From positions 41,664,001-41,728,000 of the forward strand of contig CAIIXF020000001.1 in the NCBI GenBank assembly GCA_903813345.2: a stretch of DNA of 64,000 nt, in the 5' to 3' direction. Source of the DNA: Owenia fusiformis (lineage: Eukaryota). The translations under genes and the position numbers were made by a program. This document shows positions 28,975 through 42,040 of this stretch, one piece after another (the first letter of the stretch is position 1; every line of letters starts with the position of its first letter). The notes below the pieces were generated by a model, which saw only the letters and a list, made by a program, of their open reading frames with translations, had not been told where the DNA came from and did no database searches.

Positions 28975-30630
28975 ATTATAGAGCTTTATCAAAATGAGTT
29001 TTTGAAACACTCATCTGAAGTGTGCTGCCATCTTTTCAAACATAAAAGTTTATTTCAGTGAAAGTTAGTTTACTATTTTGTTTGCTTCCCCTTTCTCACT
29101 TTGACAATTCAAGATAACCTATCGGATATAATTAACCTTCAATTGAGAACTTTGTATATTTTCATTCTGATTCATCTCTCTTTATGTAAAGTTATTCCAA
29201 GGGATAGATCAGACTTGATCTCACAATCGTGTATTTTACCCTTCTTAAACCACAGTAATGATTGATTAGTTTTGATTATTGATTGCGTTCTCCAACAATT
29301 TCACCATAATTTTTATTTTCAAATAGTCTTGCCTAAAGCCAATGTGTACCCACTGTATTCACACTCACACCGAGACAGAATAAAGGAATACAAGTATGAA
29401 GATGGTTCATGTTTTTAAATGATTCATTATTATTCCTGGTGTAAGTTTGATTTTTATCTTGTACATAATTTGGTTGTTTTAAAAGTTATCAAATGTCCCA
29501 TGTTATCATGTATGTTACTACAATTACTTACCCTGGCTGTGCTTAGGTAAATATGCAGAGTGTATATAAGAGAAGATAAGGGTACATCTCAAACGTGAAT
29601 TAAGTAAGTTTTTACACTATCCTGTTTTTTGACAACTTATTGAAACAAAGTGAAAATTTGAGGTTGTTGACTTTCAATGTTCATTATCATATAAATTTGT
29701 AGAATGTTTTATTTTATTAAGGGTCCCATCCCAAATTATTTCACCCAATTGCTCCAAATAGATGCAGCCAAATTTAAATTCTTTTGAATTGTTTTCACAC
29801 TGCGAGGACATTGTGGGGAAAGAGAATTGGTAAATCCAGGATGATGGATGTATGGCTGAGTGCTTCAAAATAAAGGTTGTGTTATCATTGCCACACAGTT
29901 TTTAGATAGTAATTTGTGTATAAGGAAATCCCCCACACACTTAGATAGAAGGAAGTCTAATATTTCAAAACATATCTCAGAATTCAGAATATTCGATGAG
30001 GGTACAGGTAATCCATATGTAAAGCAAGGTAAAAGTTTGTTATGAAGTTTACAAGTTATTCTATGGATGAAACACAACATAAAAATCTATTAAATATTAT
30101 TAAATAACGAGTAGCGAGTACCTAAAACCATTTATCAGGCATGATTTTCACTCCATTTTTGATCCTTCATCATAAAATACCCAAATTTGTCTACCAGTAC
30201 AGTATATAAATATAAAAAATATATAAACTAAGCTTATTATGTTTTAAATAGTTATGTCCAGACACTATGCTATATATGTGCAATAGAATACCACACTTGA
30301 TAGATCACAAAGATGAGTAAATGCCAAAAACATTCATTAGATCAACACCTTATGGATTATAAGTAAAGAAATGGGAGTTATTATCTCAAAGAAGAAAGGT
30401 AATTTGAGTGTTTATCAAACTACTGGAATATAAAGTCTTCACTTATGAATATTTATGAGGTTGAGGCTGAGGTGTTTTTTATATAGGTATTGTATTGAAC
30501 TTAAAAAAACTAGATTCATCTTCGTTGGTTTTTATTGGTTCATGTATTTGTTTTATGGTTTTTATGCCATGTTTTTGTGTATGCCATGTTCATATTTTAA
30601 TTTTTCAAGTCTTTCCTTCTTTACTTCCAG

Positions 30631-30868
30631 ATGACGTATATGACTCTGGATTAGACGAATCTTTCAGCTCAGCTTTCTCAAATCCGTACCCCATAATGGG
30701 TGTGTCTACAACTATTGAACGCCCAATGCAGCGAACCATAGCAAGGCGGAGCTTCAGAGTGACATCAGCAATGACTGACAGGTGCAATATGTGTGGATTT
30801 ATCATCAAATCAGACCGCGTCTCTGTCCAAAAGGAGATTTATCACATTGCCTGCTTCAAATGTTGTAT
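30631..30868 (+). CDS. Shared internal coding exon of a LIM-domain protein gene (first zinc finger plus first Cys of the second)
   Basis: Polypyrimidine acceptor ctttccttctttacttccag ends at 30630 (phase 1). Translation (D/N)DVYDSGLDESFSSAFSNPYPIMGVSTTIERPMQRTIARRSFRVTSAMTDRCNMCGFIIKSDRVSVQKEIYHIACFKCC fits C-x2-C-x16-H-x2-C-x2-C. Donor AT|gtaagt follows 30868 (phase 2). Confidence 0.9.
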
Positions 30869-31579
30869 GTAAGTATGCCATCTATTTATCGAAAAATGAA
30901 CGGTATAATGGATTATCAATATTAGTTCATTTACATTTATTTTAATTCCAATATGATTGTTTAATACTCTTCAAAGGCTTTTAAATATCAGGTATATTTC
31001 ACATCATTGGTGAAATCTAACTGAAATCTCACTTTCTGAAACCTAATTATCATTAGTTAGACAGTGATGTGATGTAAAGTTTCACAAATCCTACATTACA
31101 AATTCCTCATAGACTGGTCAACCATTTGAAAGTACCCCTTCTCCTTAGCTGTCTATGACACAAATCAATACATGAACGGGATAAATGGTTATGAAATATC
31201 CTAAAAGTGCCCAGAGGAGAGTCATGACAGCATATGGAAATTATTGGCAATATATTTGCCTTGTTATTACCAAGCGTGATAAATATATCTAATCATGGGG
31301 CACATAATAGTTAATAGAATGCCACCCTTGGGTCCCACTGCACCTGTTAACCAGGAACAGGAGACTCTTGGACTGTCAAAATATTATTCTTGTTAGGCAG
31401 TGCATTTGAGAGATCTTCCTTGAAATGATATGATATGTTGAATGGCCCATACAAGTTCAAATTCAGATTATGATAAAATATGTTTATGATCATATGATTT
31501 TTAGGGTTTTTTGTCATGGACTTCCCAATGGTCAAAGTAATGGTCATATTTAGAATCTGGGAAGATACACACATTTGTC

Positions 31580-31736
31580 TTGCTTTCTTAATTCTTAATT
31601 CCAAAAATACACGGTCAGTTCATGTTAGAAGTGTGTTTTGTTATATTCTCCTGCTTTCTTAATTAATTAATCAATTAATTCCAAAAATACAAATAGGACA
31701 CAGTCAGTTCATATTAGAAGTTTGTTTTGTTATATT
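31580..31736. repeat. Local tandem duplication (~70-85 bp)
   Basis: tgctttcttaatt...aattccaaaaatac...gtcagttcat.ttagaagt.tgttttgttatatt occurs twice. Confidence 0.75.
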
Positions 31737-33034
31737 ATACATGAGAACAATTAGTGCTTGATTAAAGCTACATAGTTGCTTTATCAATTAGTGTTATGTT
31801 GAAACAGTGTGCAACAGTGGAGATAATTATATAAGCAATTACCAATTAAGGATGCTTGGGGTCTTAATAGGCATCACATTTCATTTTGGCACAATTTACC
31901 ATATAAGGAGAATGGGTCTTATACCTGATACACCTACTGTATTGTACATGTACATTAATGGTAAGGTCTAGTATTGCTTCAAGATCCTGTTTTCCACCCC
32001 GACCCCCAGTTTCTCTTTAAAGCAGTATGATTAACTGAGGAAGTAGATTTCATGATTCTTATTTCAGATCTTAAATTTTTGTAAAATGCAGACTTCTTTT
32101 TGTCATCTACTGTAAAACTGATTTTGAAATATGCCACCTAAACATACATCTAGTGTTTATGGTTTCTGTCATATTGTTACTGATATAAATTGTATAAATA
32201 TTTTTCTAAAGAAAACTAAATAAGATACCACTAACCCTAGTCTCATTATTGTTGTTTTATTTGGAGAGTAAATACTAGAACTTTGAAATATAAAACAAAA
32301 AGTAAACAAAGTGGTTATCACATTTAAAAAGAGTACAATGAATTTTTTAAGTGATGTTGATTATTAAGTGCATTTCAACTTTGATTCGTTCTTAATAATT
32401 CTTAAATTGACATTTCCTGTATTTTTAGAATGAAACACTATTTCGGGAGATAAAATTTAAATAACCTTATTGGCGTCATAAATAAAACATAAATAACAAT
32501 CAAAGTTGATCAAAAAATCAGTTGTCTATCTAAGTTATGATCATCAATGCTTTTAGGCTAATAATACCCTAATAATGAGTTTGTGTATTCAATATCATGT
32601 ATCTTCTATCTGCCAAGGGCTGCTATCTAAAAGTTCACTAATTAATGCATAATTAATACAAAATCATTTGAAACATATATCTAAGTGCAACTTTAAACCA
32701 CATTGTGTTAAGTCTGCCTCAGTTCATGTGGAGGCATAATATTCAAGCATTTAACCAAAATTCAGATCCTTTGTTTTTGACCCTGGGGTATGATCGGTAA
32801 ATGACTTATAATTAAAAGCTAGGTCAAAATATACATCGACAGTGATTAGATTGCGGCCCACTTCGTGCTCAGAAGTTTCACTCCAAGTAAAATTTCTGGA
32901 CTTGGGGCTAGTGCCATAAGTTTACCTAACTGTACCAGGTTACAAATTCGACTTTACTTTTAGTTTTTATGTGAAATTGGATATTGTCTCGTGTGGTGGC
33001 CTCCAGTGTATCATGTGTGAGGTTGAAAGTAGTG

Positions 33035-33300
33035 GAACAGTTGATATCATAAGGATAGTTAAACAAGTGGTGGATCACAACATCAATTGATTTGGATCAA
33101 AATAAGAATTGATAAGGATCACAACTCACAAGAACAGTTGATTGGGATCACAGGAACATTTGATTAGGATCAGATTAAGAGCAGATCATAGTTACAATAG
33201 CAATTGACTAGGATCACAATGATAATTGATGAGGATTATAATAATTATTTGCTAAGATCACAGTTGATGGGATCAAAATAACAATTGATTAGGATCACTT
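33035..33300. repeat. Degenerate minisatellite (caattgattaggatcacaa-like, ~20 bp)
   Basis: Recurrent ttgatNNggatca motif at roughly 20-bp spacing. Confidence 0.7.
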
Positions 33301-33499
33301 AAGGATATCTTATAACTGGATGAAATTGAGCAAATGTGAATAAATAGGATAAAAAAGTTATGTGTGGATTCTACACAAATTATGATAGACTGAGTTGAGT
33401 GAGTAAATTGTCTGTACTGGTTTGGATTAGTATATACAAATTTATTTTGATTTTTGCCTTGGAGTCATCGTGGAATTCATATTTAGATCAGTTGACACC

Positions 33500-33567
33500 A
33501 TGTCAACTGCTAGCCGGTGTACGTTGCCAAGGAGACGATTGGCATTGCCACGACGATGGAAAAGCAG
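33500..33567 (+). CDS. Putative internal-promoter first coding exon E (MSTASRCTLPRRRLALPRRWKS)
   Basis: ACCATG start, local GC/CpG island, donor CAG|gtgaga. 68 nt = phase 2, in frame with the micro-exon at 42368. Confidence 0.65.
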
Positions 33568-35874
33568 GTGAGAATGTGATTCACTGTAATCTTGAAGTTA
33601 ATTAGAATTGTATTGAGTCAGGAGAGTGGGTTTTTGAACCCCTAAGTAGTAAAAGCTGGAAATTTGGTGACTAGCCAATGATATTCAGTAGAATGGGGTA
33701 TGTGTGTTTTCATAAGGAACCTGAGAAAAGGTGTGTTTCTTGGTTATTTGCTTTATGTTAATTTCCAGACAAACAAACAAACAAACAAACAGTGATCTCA
33801 TATACTAGACTTTCTAGATGTTCTTGATCTTTGTGTTTTTGTGGTCTTGATGAAGAAATGTTGCAACTAAAAATAGACTATTGCTTAATCATGATTTTAA
33901 GTTGCAAAGATTAATTATAAACCAACAAAATAAAGATTTGGTTTCCAATGACCTTTTAACATTACAAGATTTGATTATGGTTTCAGTGAAATGCCTGCTA
34001 ATTCTGTTTTCATTTTCAGCTTATAAAATATGTAGTTCTTTAAGTATCCTTTGTAAGAGTTCAGCTTAATTTTTTACTCTTTAAATGAGAAATGATTCTT
34101 TGATCTGTCTTATCTAATCAAAATATGTACAATTACATTTTCTACCTATAAACTATTGCAATAACTGCGCCCCCTTTTGTCTTGGTCTTTCCAAATCTTT
34201 CTTTTGCAAACAATAGGTAAGAGGGGGTTTTGTAAACCACAATGCCTATAAACCACTAAAATTCATTAATAAACATTCAAACACCCATAAAGTCTCTGTA
34301 AGTTACGTTTGAGATTGTTAAGATCTTATTGGCATCAATGTCAAATCATTGTCATAGTCAGAGGTTGATGTGACAACTTGGTGGAGATTCAGGATATTAC
34401 TTACACCAACATAAACATCATCATGCATGAGTTTTAAAATCATGATTTCATTACTTTAGAAATCAAGAATATATCCTGAGGAAATACATTTACAGTATAC
34501 ATATTAATTGACAGTATTTCATATACTCAGTTTTAAACCTCAAGAGAATCATTCAAATGTATTTTTGGAGGGCGTCAAAATATCTAATCGTATATGAAAC
34601 CCTCGAGACTCACAGGCAGTAGAGCGTAGTAGAGGTTTTACAGAGATGTGATGCAAGATTTACCAAAATTATTAATTTTATCTCGATTCTCGGAGACAAG
34701 GTTTTCATTATCAATTCTATTGTACTGTACCCAAAATAAGTTTAGATTTAGATTAATATAAAGCATCTGGTCTCCCATTAACTATTTATCTACCTAGATC
34801 CCATCTCTTTTCCTATCTGTTTTTGCCATAAAAGGTGTATGTTAGTAGGGGTGGGGGGGGAGGGGGACACATGGACTTTACACAAGACTATGATTTATAA
34901 AATATTCTTTGACTGAACTTAAACTCAGAGAATAGTTCAACATAAATATTTATTTTAAGCTATTTGAAGTTCACTTTAAAAGTAACCTGTTGGGATCATT
35001 GGTTTCTATTAGTCTAAACATCTGAACAAATACTGTATCTACTATCTAACCAATTTAGGTAGGCAGATTGGGTTAACTTTTGAAACTTTCATGATTTCAG
35101 GTATAATGCTTTATATTACATAGAGGTCCTAGATTAAGAGCGAGAAGAACATTATTGGAGCATTCTTAGCTAGCAAAATACCTAAATCCAATTTTAACTC
35201 TCAAAATCATGATATCATGTAAGAGAACAAAAGAGTAAGGAGTTCTTAACTTTATGAACTATACGATTGGTAATGTTCCTGATATTACTTATTTCATTTG
35301 ACTTATCTGAGATTCACCCTATACCAAGGCCTGTCTTAGTTGAATCCTTTGCCGCCTTCAGTTCAACTTTTCTGAGGACTATATACAAGGGGCGATCAAC
35401 AAATAACAAAAATAGAGCTCTATCTCAGAAACTAATTATAGTTAGAACACCAGATTTTATACATGCTATCACCAACCATTCATTATTATTTCCATAAAAT
35501 CTGAGGCACAAATATTACCTTATGTCAGAGTTATGGTTGCCATAGCAACCCGTAGTATGGGCACCTGTATTTATTGCACTTGGCTTATGTTCTTTAGAAA
35601 AAGATGTCTCATTGTACTGGCCTACCTTAAGCTTAATTCTGAAATACTGTTATCTTTCAACATCCTGCCAATATAAGTCTTACTATTCCCAAAAAGAAAG
35701 GAAGAATGTAGGAGTGAAATTTCTGTCAGGTCTCCAAGACTTTGTTTCAGGTACTAATTACTTCCAGAGCAGAGATAGGTTCAAGTTATTTCATTTGAAA
35801 AAGTTCAGTCAATGACATAGCAAACAAATTATTTATCTGTTCACGAGGAAGATATCTGATTAATAAATAACAGA

Positions 35875-35888
35875 ATGGAACGATTAAG
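35875..35888 (+). CDS. Possible tiny alternative first coding exon F (MERL)
   Basis: AGAATGG start, strong donor AAG|gtaaga. 14 nt = phase 2. Too short to exclude chance. Confidence 0.35.
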
Positions 35889-35962
35889 GTAAGAAGAATT
35901 GCATATGGGGTTACCAACCTATTGTTTTATGTATATTTAATCGATGTTCTTTTTGAAATAAA

Positions 35963-36012
35963 ATGAAGGAATCCTTGAAACAGGAAACAGTCCCTGTTTA
36001 TAAAAGCTACAA
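35963..36012 (+). CDS. Possible alternative first coding exon G (MKESLKQETVPVYKSY)
   Basis: AAAATG start, donor CAA|gtaagg. 50 nt = phase 2. Confidence 0.3.
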
Positions 36013-37711
36013 GTAAGGATGTTACCTAGGTATCATGTAACCATGGTATTAATGGTATTTATTGAAGTGGATGTTCCACAGAATGAACAAGATGAAATTG
36101 ACATTAGGCAAGTGGACTTCAAAGAACTACATGCTGGAATTACTAATCCAGAGCATGACAACAGTCTCAGCATACAAGTTTGGCAATAAATTATAAAGCA
36201 GTAAATAAGTGTGAAACAAAATACAGGTTGTTTTAACAAAGAATGATATCCATTTATTTTATCTGATCATTTATCATGAATACATTTACTGGTTGTGTAC
36301 AACAGGGGATCTATTCTATATGAATGGAAAGAAGCTTAATTATACACGGTTTGCTAAATGATGGCACGAGTTCATGTTTTTCGTTGGAATAGTTGATTAA
36401 GTACAAGTACAAGGAATTGAGTGAATTGAGGATGAAATAAAACATAGCTTTGCAGATATATTATTTATGTAGTACTCTAGAGATTTAGGTCAGTTTAATC
36501 TGAAACAATACAAAAACAACTTTAGTTCTTGAAAGATCTCAACGTATTGTACCCATAAACACCTAGATACTTCAAATACATTTCGCCGAAAGCAGACATT
36601 TCAAGTTAGATTTTGGCAAAGGTAGAAAGGACCCGTCAAATAAAGTAACATTCTCTGTTTGTTTAACTTCTGAAGGAGAACATAAATAAAATATTTGATG
36701 AGACAAAAGCCAGCGAAACACTTATACTGGATTGTTCAAGTAAATCTAATATAACCCATAAAAAACAACCGAATTGAAAATCAGTGTAACACACAACAGA
36801 CGGGACATTGCACCATTGGATGATTGAAAAATTGCTTTCACAATCGGACTTAATCCAGAAAGCAGATTCGCTGGTATCTTGGGAGTTATATCAGATATTG
36901 ATGAGCAAATTATGGAAAGCTATTACAATTAACTGATTGGATAACTCCAGTTTATGTAGATGATCGAAAAACTAGATTGAAAAACAGCCGGAGCAAATCG
37001 GGGAAAAAATTGGTGTAGAGATGCAGCGTATCACCATTTGAAGTGATCTAGAGAATTTGAAGGTTGCACAAAAAGGATTATTTCATATAACTGAAATACG
37101 TGATCACAAGTGGAAATGGTGATTCTCATGTGCTCAGAAACAAACAGATAAGCTATAAAATCACATGTGGATTGTTTTTCGCAATAACTCTGTTGATTTC
37201 AGTACCCATTATCTATTTCAATACCTTTACTTTGAGGGAAAACAAGATTAGAACGTTTTAGCTCGTGAAAGACACATGTGATACCTCATCATCAATATTT
37301 CTAAATATAACAAGTGCAATTGATGAAAGTGAAGGAAAGTGATTTGAAATATACAGTGGCCAAGTAGGAATTGAATTTGGACATAAATGGTCACGATTTA
37401 TTGCTGTATAAGTGTATACTGGTCACACTGTACTGACAATATTTAATATACTGAGTAGGGGATTTAACTGCAAACTGAAATCAGAGCTTGTTATTATCAG
37501 CGACTGTGAGGGATCTTCAGATAAAGTTAGAAATCATCTGATAAAGTGGAGGATCAACAGCCATAGCCAAGAATCATCGAATTTAACTAGAAATCAGTAC
37601 CAGTAACCAGGAATCATTCTAACCGATGGTCATTGATCATCAGATATTGTCCGGAATCGTCTGAAATCGTGAGGAATCATTTAGCCCTTAGATCATCCTA
37701 TAGCAGGTACC

Positions 37712-37782
37712 ATGTGCTGGATGCCTTTGATTGCAGGTTTGCTAAATAAGCTTGGGATACTTGATGCGAAAGAACTTCTTAA
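37712..37782 (+). CDS. Putative internal-promoter first coding exon H (MCWMPLIAGLLNKLGILDAKELL)
   Basis: ACCATG start, donor TAA|gtaagt (codon split AA|T). 71 nt = phase 2. Preceded by about 1 kb of relatively CpG-containing sequence that could be 5'UTR or promoter. Confidence 0.6.
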
Positions 37783-37950
37783 GTAAGTCACTCTTCCAAA
37801 CTGTTAGAATCCTCATATTCAATATCATAGACAATTAGATAAGATAGCTTATTAATCTGAATTAAACAAGGTCATTCAAGGATCAAGTCATATTTGAATA
37901 ACATAATATGTATTTCACATAATATGTATTTCAAATGATATGTATTTCAG

Positions 37951-38019
37951 AATGGGCCAAGGTCACTCTGATTTCTCAAGGTCAATGTTACTTTCCAAGG
38001 TCAGTGTCACTTACCAACG
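37951..38019 (+). CDS. Possible 69-nt symmetric (phase 2-2) exon, ATG at 37952: MGQGHSDFSRSMLLSKVSVTYQ
   Basis: Acceptor tatttcag ends at 37950; donor ACG|gtgagg follows 38019; frame-preserving. Overlaps a degenerate caaggtca repeat, which weakens the call. Confidence 0.3.
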
Positions 38020-38787
38020 GTGAGGTTATCCCAAGTTCAGTCTAATATCAAAGTCTTTAACACATCATAATTGTACACAGAATCTTAGGGACCTAACATT
38101 TTTTTCAAAAAGTGAACAAAGAAAAAATATCCTATGTCTGGTAGTTTTGGTTTGAGAAACATTTAATTCCATAATATTTTCTGTACTTCAATGATTGAGA
38201 AAAAATCTGTTTCCGGTTGTTTTCTAAGGGACATACTTCCCTATTTAAAGTAAAAAAGGTTATAGTGTTCCCGAGATCTCTAAGGGCCCACCCCTAACTG
38301 GCCATCCAGATTATCATATAGTAGGAATTGATTATGTCTCTCTGTTCCTTAATTGTGATAGTATAATGACAACCATCAGAGATAATATCTCTGGATAATA
38401 CTGGTAGAATTATATCATATGCATTGTAATAACCAATTATTGCATCAACTTGTTCAGCTCTCCAGGGATCTAAGTGCATGATTGAAACATGGAACTGATT
38501 ATTAGACCAACTTATCATCCGATTGTTATTTATTGTTTGCTGAAGAAATACTAAAACCAATAATAACATGGCTCAGTAAATATGAAAATCAGATTTGATA
38601 GGTTTTCTTAGTTTATCCCATTCTAAAGATGTCTCTAGTCATAGCCACTTCTACCCTTTATGAAGGTTTGACTTATTTGAAGCTCACAGAGGCTTTACTA
38701 TTAAATTGTGTTTTATTGCCAGTCTATTGGTACCAGGGTAATAGCCATAGCAACATCAATGTTGTATCGGGATCAAAAATCATTGTA

Positions 38788-38940
38788 CAGTAAAAACCTG
38801 TCTAAGTGGAACACCTTTGGAACCTCTAAAAGTGTTCCACTTGGGAGGTGTTCTAATTATAGAGGTTCATTTAACATTAAGTCAGTTGGTCTTGGGACTG
38901 TTCCACTAACAGAGGTGTTCCACTTATACAGGTTTCACTG
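38788..38940. mobile_element. MITE family 2, Tc1/mariner(pogo)-like
   Basis: TA|CAGTAAAAACCTGTCTAAGTGGAACACCT ... AGGTGTTCCACTTATACAGGTTTCACTG|TA: about 28-bp TIR and a TA duplication. Confidence 0.85.
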
Positions 38941-40162
38941 TATAGCAGAATATGAAAAGTAAATGCTTCTAGAAATGTTGAAGTAAAATGATTGAAAACA
39001 GTATGAGGGCAATGATGAATAAGTTCACTGAGTACCAACAAACAACTACAGTTATGTCATTAGCTTGAGTGAAATGCTTTTTAATTCAGTTTTAAATTTA
39101 AAAATAGTGCAATATGTAGTACTATCATATTTCATGTTTGAACAAGACCTTTACTATTTGCAGACACTATTTCATTCATGCGGATATTTTATTAGATTTT
39201 CCCCCAGATTTATTTAGCTTAACATGATCAATTATTATGGCATCAAAGATAAGCCTTGAATTCATGTTTTCCCCAGCGTTCCTAGAGCTTTAAATCCAAC
39301 TGGATTGTTAACACATTATTATGTATTAAAACCACTTTAGGTTAGAGAAAAAATGCTGATATTAGACCCACACTTATTGCATAGTGGGGCCTAATTAAAA
39401 TAAATAAAGTTTAAATAGAGAAGTCATAATGAATACTTGGGACCCGTCAGGAATTTAGATTTGGGGGAGGTTTAAGTGTTGATACTTTAATCCCCATTGA
39501 GGAAAATCTCTAATCTGAAGACTAAGTGAATTCCCTTGAGGCTTTTAAATGGGAGTGCTCAAAAGTTCACAACAATGCATATGAATTGAAATCTATTAAG
39601 TTTTAGGTAATCTCATTCTAAAGTTTGCATAACCTGCACAATCTCAGGCAATACTACAACCATTAGCTAGAGGCTTTCTGAAAAAGACACTTTTAAACAA
39701 GATTATGACTGCTATATCCTGATTCAGAAATATCATCTGGCAGGTCCACTTCCTCCGAGATCTCACAGGAAAATCTAATGTTTTTTATGTGAGCTTAGGA
39801 AATCATTGTTAAGATGTTCTTCCTTAGAAGCTTTTAGTGAAGGATATAAAGTTATAGGAGGCCTTTTATTTTGGATTATACTGTTTGACTTTATGGTGTT
39901 ACAATGCAGAAGCTGAAGCATCATGGAAGTAAAAATGAAAAATATGGCTTGGTGTCTAAACATAACAGGTAGAGTAATGTTAAAGTAAAAATGAATTTTC
40001 AGAATTTGTAATTATTATTTTTCTGATTAATCTCAATGGGGTCTTGAAATTAATCAATTGGTTTGTATAATGTGTATAAATGTTTATAGTTTTGAGTAAA
40101 AGATACTAGGAAATGTAATTATGAATTAATGATTAATGCAATTTTAATAGGTTAAGTAGTAA

Positions 40163-40311
40163 TAGGCCCGTAGCTAGGGGCCAAAAATCTCCCCCTGGCC
40201 AAAAAATCTTTCAAAATCATGCAGCTTTTCACCATTCTGAGCACTTTTAAGTGATTTTGGCTATTTTTGGACCAAAATTGTCACAAGTGGCAAATCCTGG
40301 CTACGGGCCTG
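40163..40311. mobile_element. MITE family 1, internally deleted copy
   Basis: tAGGCCCGTAGCTAGG...CCTGGCTACGGGCCTG; flanks agtaa/agtat (4/5). Confidence 0.8.
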
Positions 40312-41330
40312 AGTATAGTAGTATATTTTGTTTATTAAAGTCTCAACTATTAAGTTAGGTGTAAGAATAACATTGTTAAAAGGAAGTGGTTTGAGAAAGC
40401 CTTAAGTATGATGTTCTCTGCCAGACATTACAAACTATTACAGACATATTAATACTATAGCATCAATACTTTCCAATGTTATAATAGATTAAAAGATATG
40501 GATTTATGCTTACATATTGAGTTATTAAAAAGAAAATATTAATTTTAATGTATTCAAAGTCTCCATTCCAGGAGTTTAGAATAATATTTTATAATTGTTT
40601 GACACTTACTGAATATTTTTATAGCAGACTTATGAATTAAAACTAACACTTTATAATTATGATACAATTATTATGTTATTGAATTTTTAAAATGAAAAAA
40701 ATGTTGATAAACATACACTTAGATTAAATGTGTTCTTTTTAGCCTTAAATCCATGATAAACATATTTATTGTCATGAACAGTACTGCTTTCACTAATCTT
40801 CATAGCTATTTACTTTTCTGGATACAATTACTAATTTTGCCAAACATGCTGAATATCAATTTGAGCATTTCCTGTTCCGACTTGTGGAGTATTTTATTAA
40901 ATATTACTGTAAACATCCCATGAGTATGTTGCTCTTTGCTCATATTTCATATTTGCAGTAAATTATATCTACATTTTTCACACAGCTCACAGTAGAGAAT
41001 GAAAAATCACAGGATAGGGAGGGCTATTTTTACCCCTTCCATATTTCTGGCCCAATGTTTCACAGTGACTCAGAGTTCTTATGACGTTAAAGGAACTCAT
41101 AAAAAACATGTTATAAACAGTAATTTGAGAGGTCTTTAAGAATCACAGGATATTATGGTGGGATATTTTTATATCTAATATCCTAAATTCTAGTATAAAG
41201 AGCTTAGATAAAATTGCATGCTGACCTATTCTGATTATGCTGACCTCATCATTTTTGTAAAACATTAATCTTGAGTAATGATGCGTCTCCCATAACCATT
41301 AAGTATATTAAGGGTATATTGTTCAGAATA

Positions 41331-41489
41331 CAGTAAAACCTGTATAAGAAGAACATCTTTACCAACTCTAGGTGTTCTTCTATTGGGAGGTGTTCCTCTT
41401 ACAGAGGTTCATTCAACAATAAGTTAACTGGTCATGGGACTCCGAAAGTGTTCCACTTAAAGAGGTGTTCCATATTACAGGCTTTAATA
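41331..41489. mobile_element. MITE family 2, diverged copy
   Basis: TA|CAGTAAAACCTGTATAAG start; internal ttgggaggtgttc...agaggttcatt...gtgttccacttaaagaggtgttcca shared with 38788. Confidence 0.75.
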
Positions 41490-41996
41490 TATGTTGACTT
41501 CAAGTTGAATACAAATATCATTTTAACAGCAACTTTCAGACTAATCAATTACCATAAAAATGAAACTGAATCATATTCATCTACATGCATATGCATCTGT
41601 TCAAAAACAATCAAAATATACCAATTCTCTATGATTATCCAAATTCTCAACTTGGTGTAAAAATGTTGAAAAATGGGTGTAAAATATTGATATGCTCAGG
41701 TGCAGTGGTCAGCTTGGGAGATGGATCACTGTATGATACAGGAACAAATTGAGATCAAAAGTATTTGTTGTATGTAATAAATGAATCAATTGACCTAATC
41801 CTGGCTTAGTTTAAGTATCTTATAATATATATTACAGCTCTGTGTCTCTTTGTACAGCATTAACATACAACTTAATATAAGGACAATTTATCCAACCATA
41901 TATTTTGTACAAGCATTTTAATGGATGTAGCATATGTTGGAGTCAAACATTTAACATAGTAAATAACAATGAATTTGGATATAAGACTTAAGAACC

Positions 41997-42040
41997 ATGG
42001 ATGATTATATGAAGATAAAACAGTTATGGAGTTGCTATGT
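41997..42040 (+). CDS. Putative alternative first coding exon I (MDDYMKIKQLWSCY)
   Basis: ACCATGG start with an in-frame stop upstream (41982), donor TGT|gtaagt. 44 nt = phase 2, 327-nt intron to 42368. The junction reads SCYVCDVPL. Confidence 0.45.

Noticed and set aside
29419..29440. Phase-1 segment MIHYYSW before gtaagt
   Set aside because: Only 7 codons with out-of-frame ATGs just upstream; could be a non-coding leader, not supportable as CDS.
30605..30808. Antisense ORF over the LIM exon
   Set aside because: Shadow ORF of the real + strand exon.
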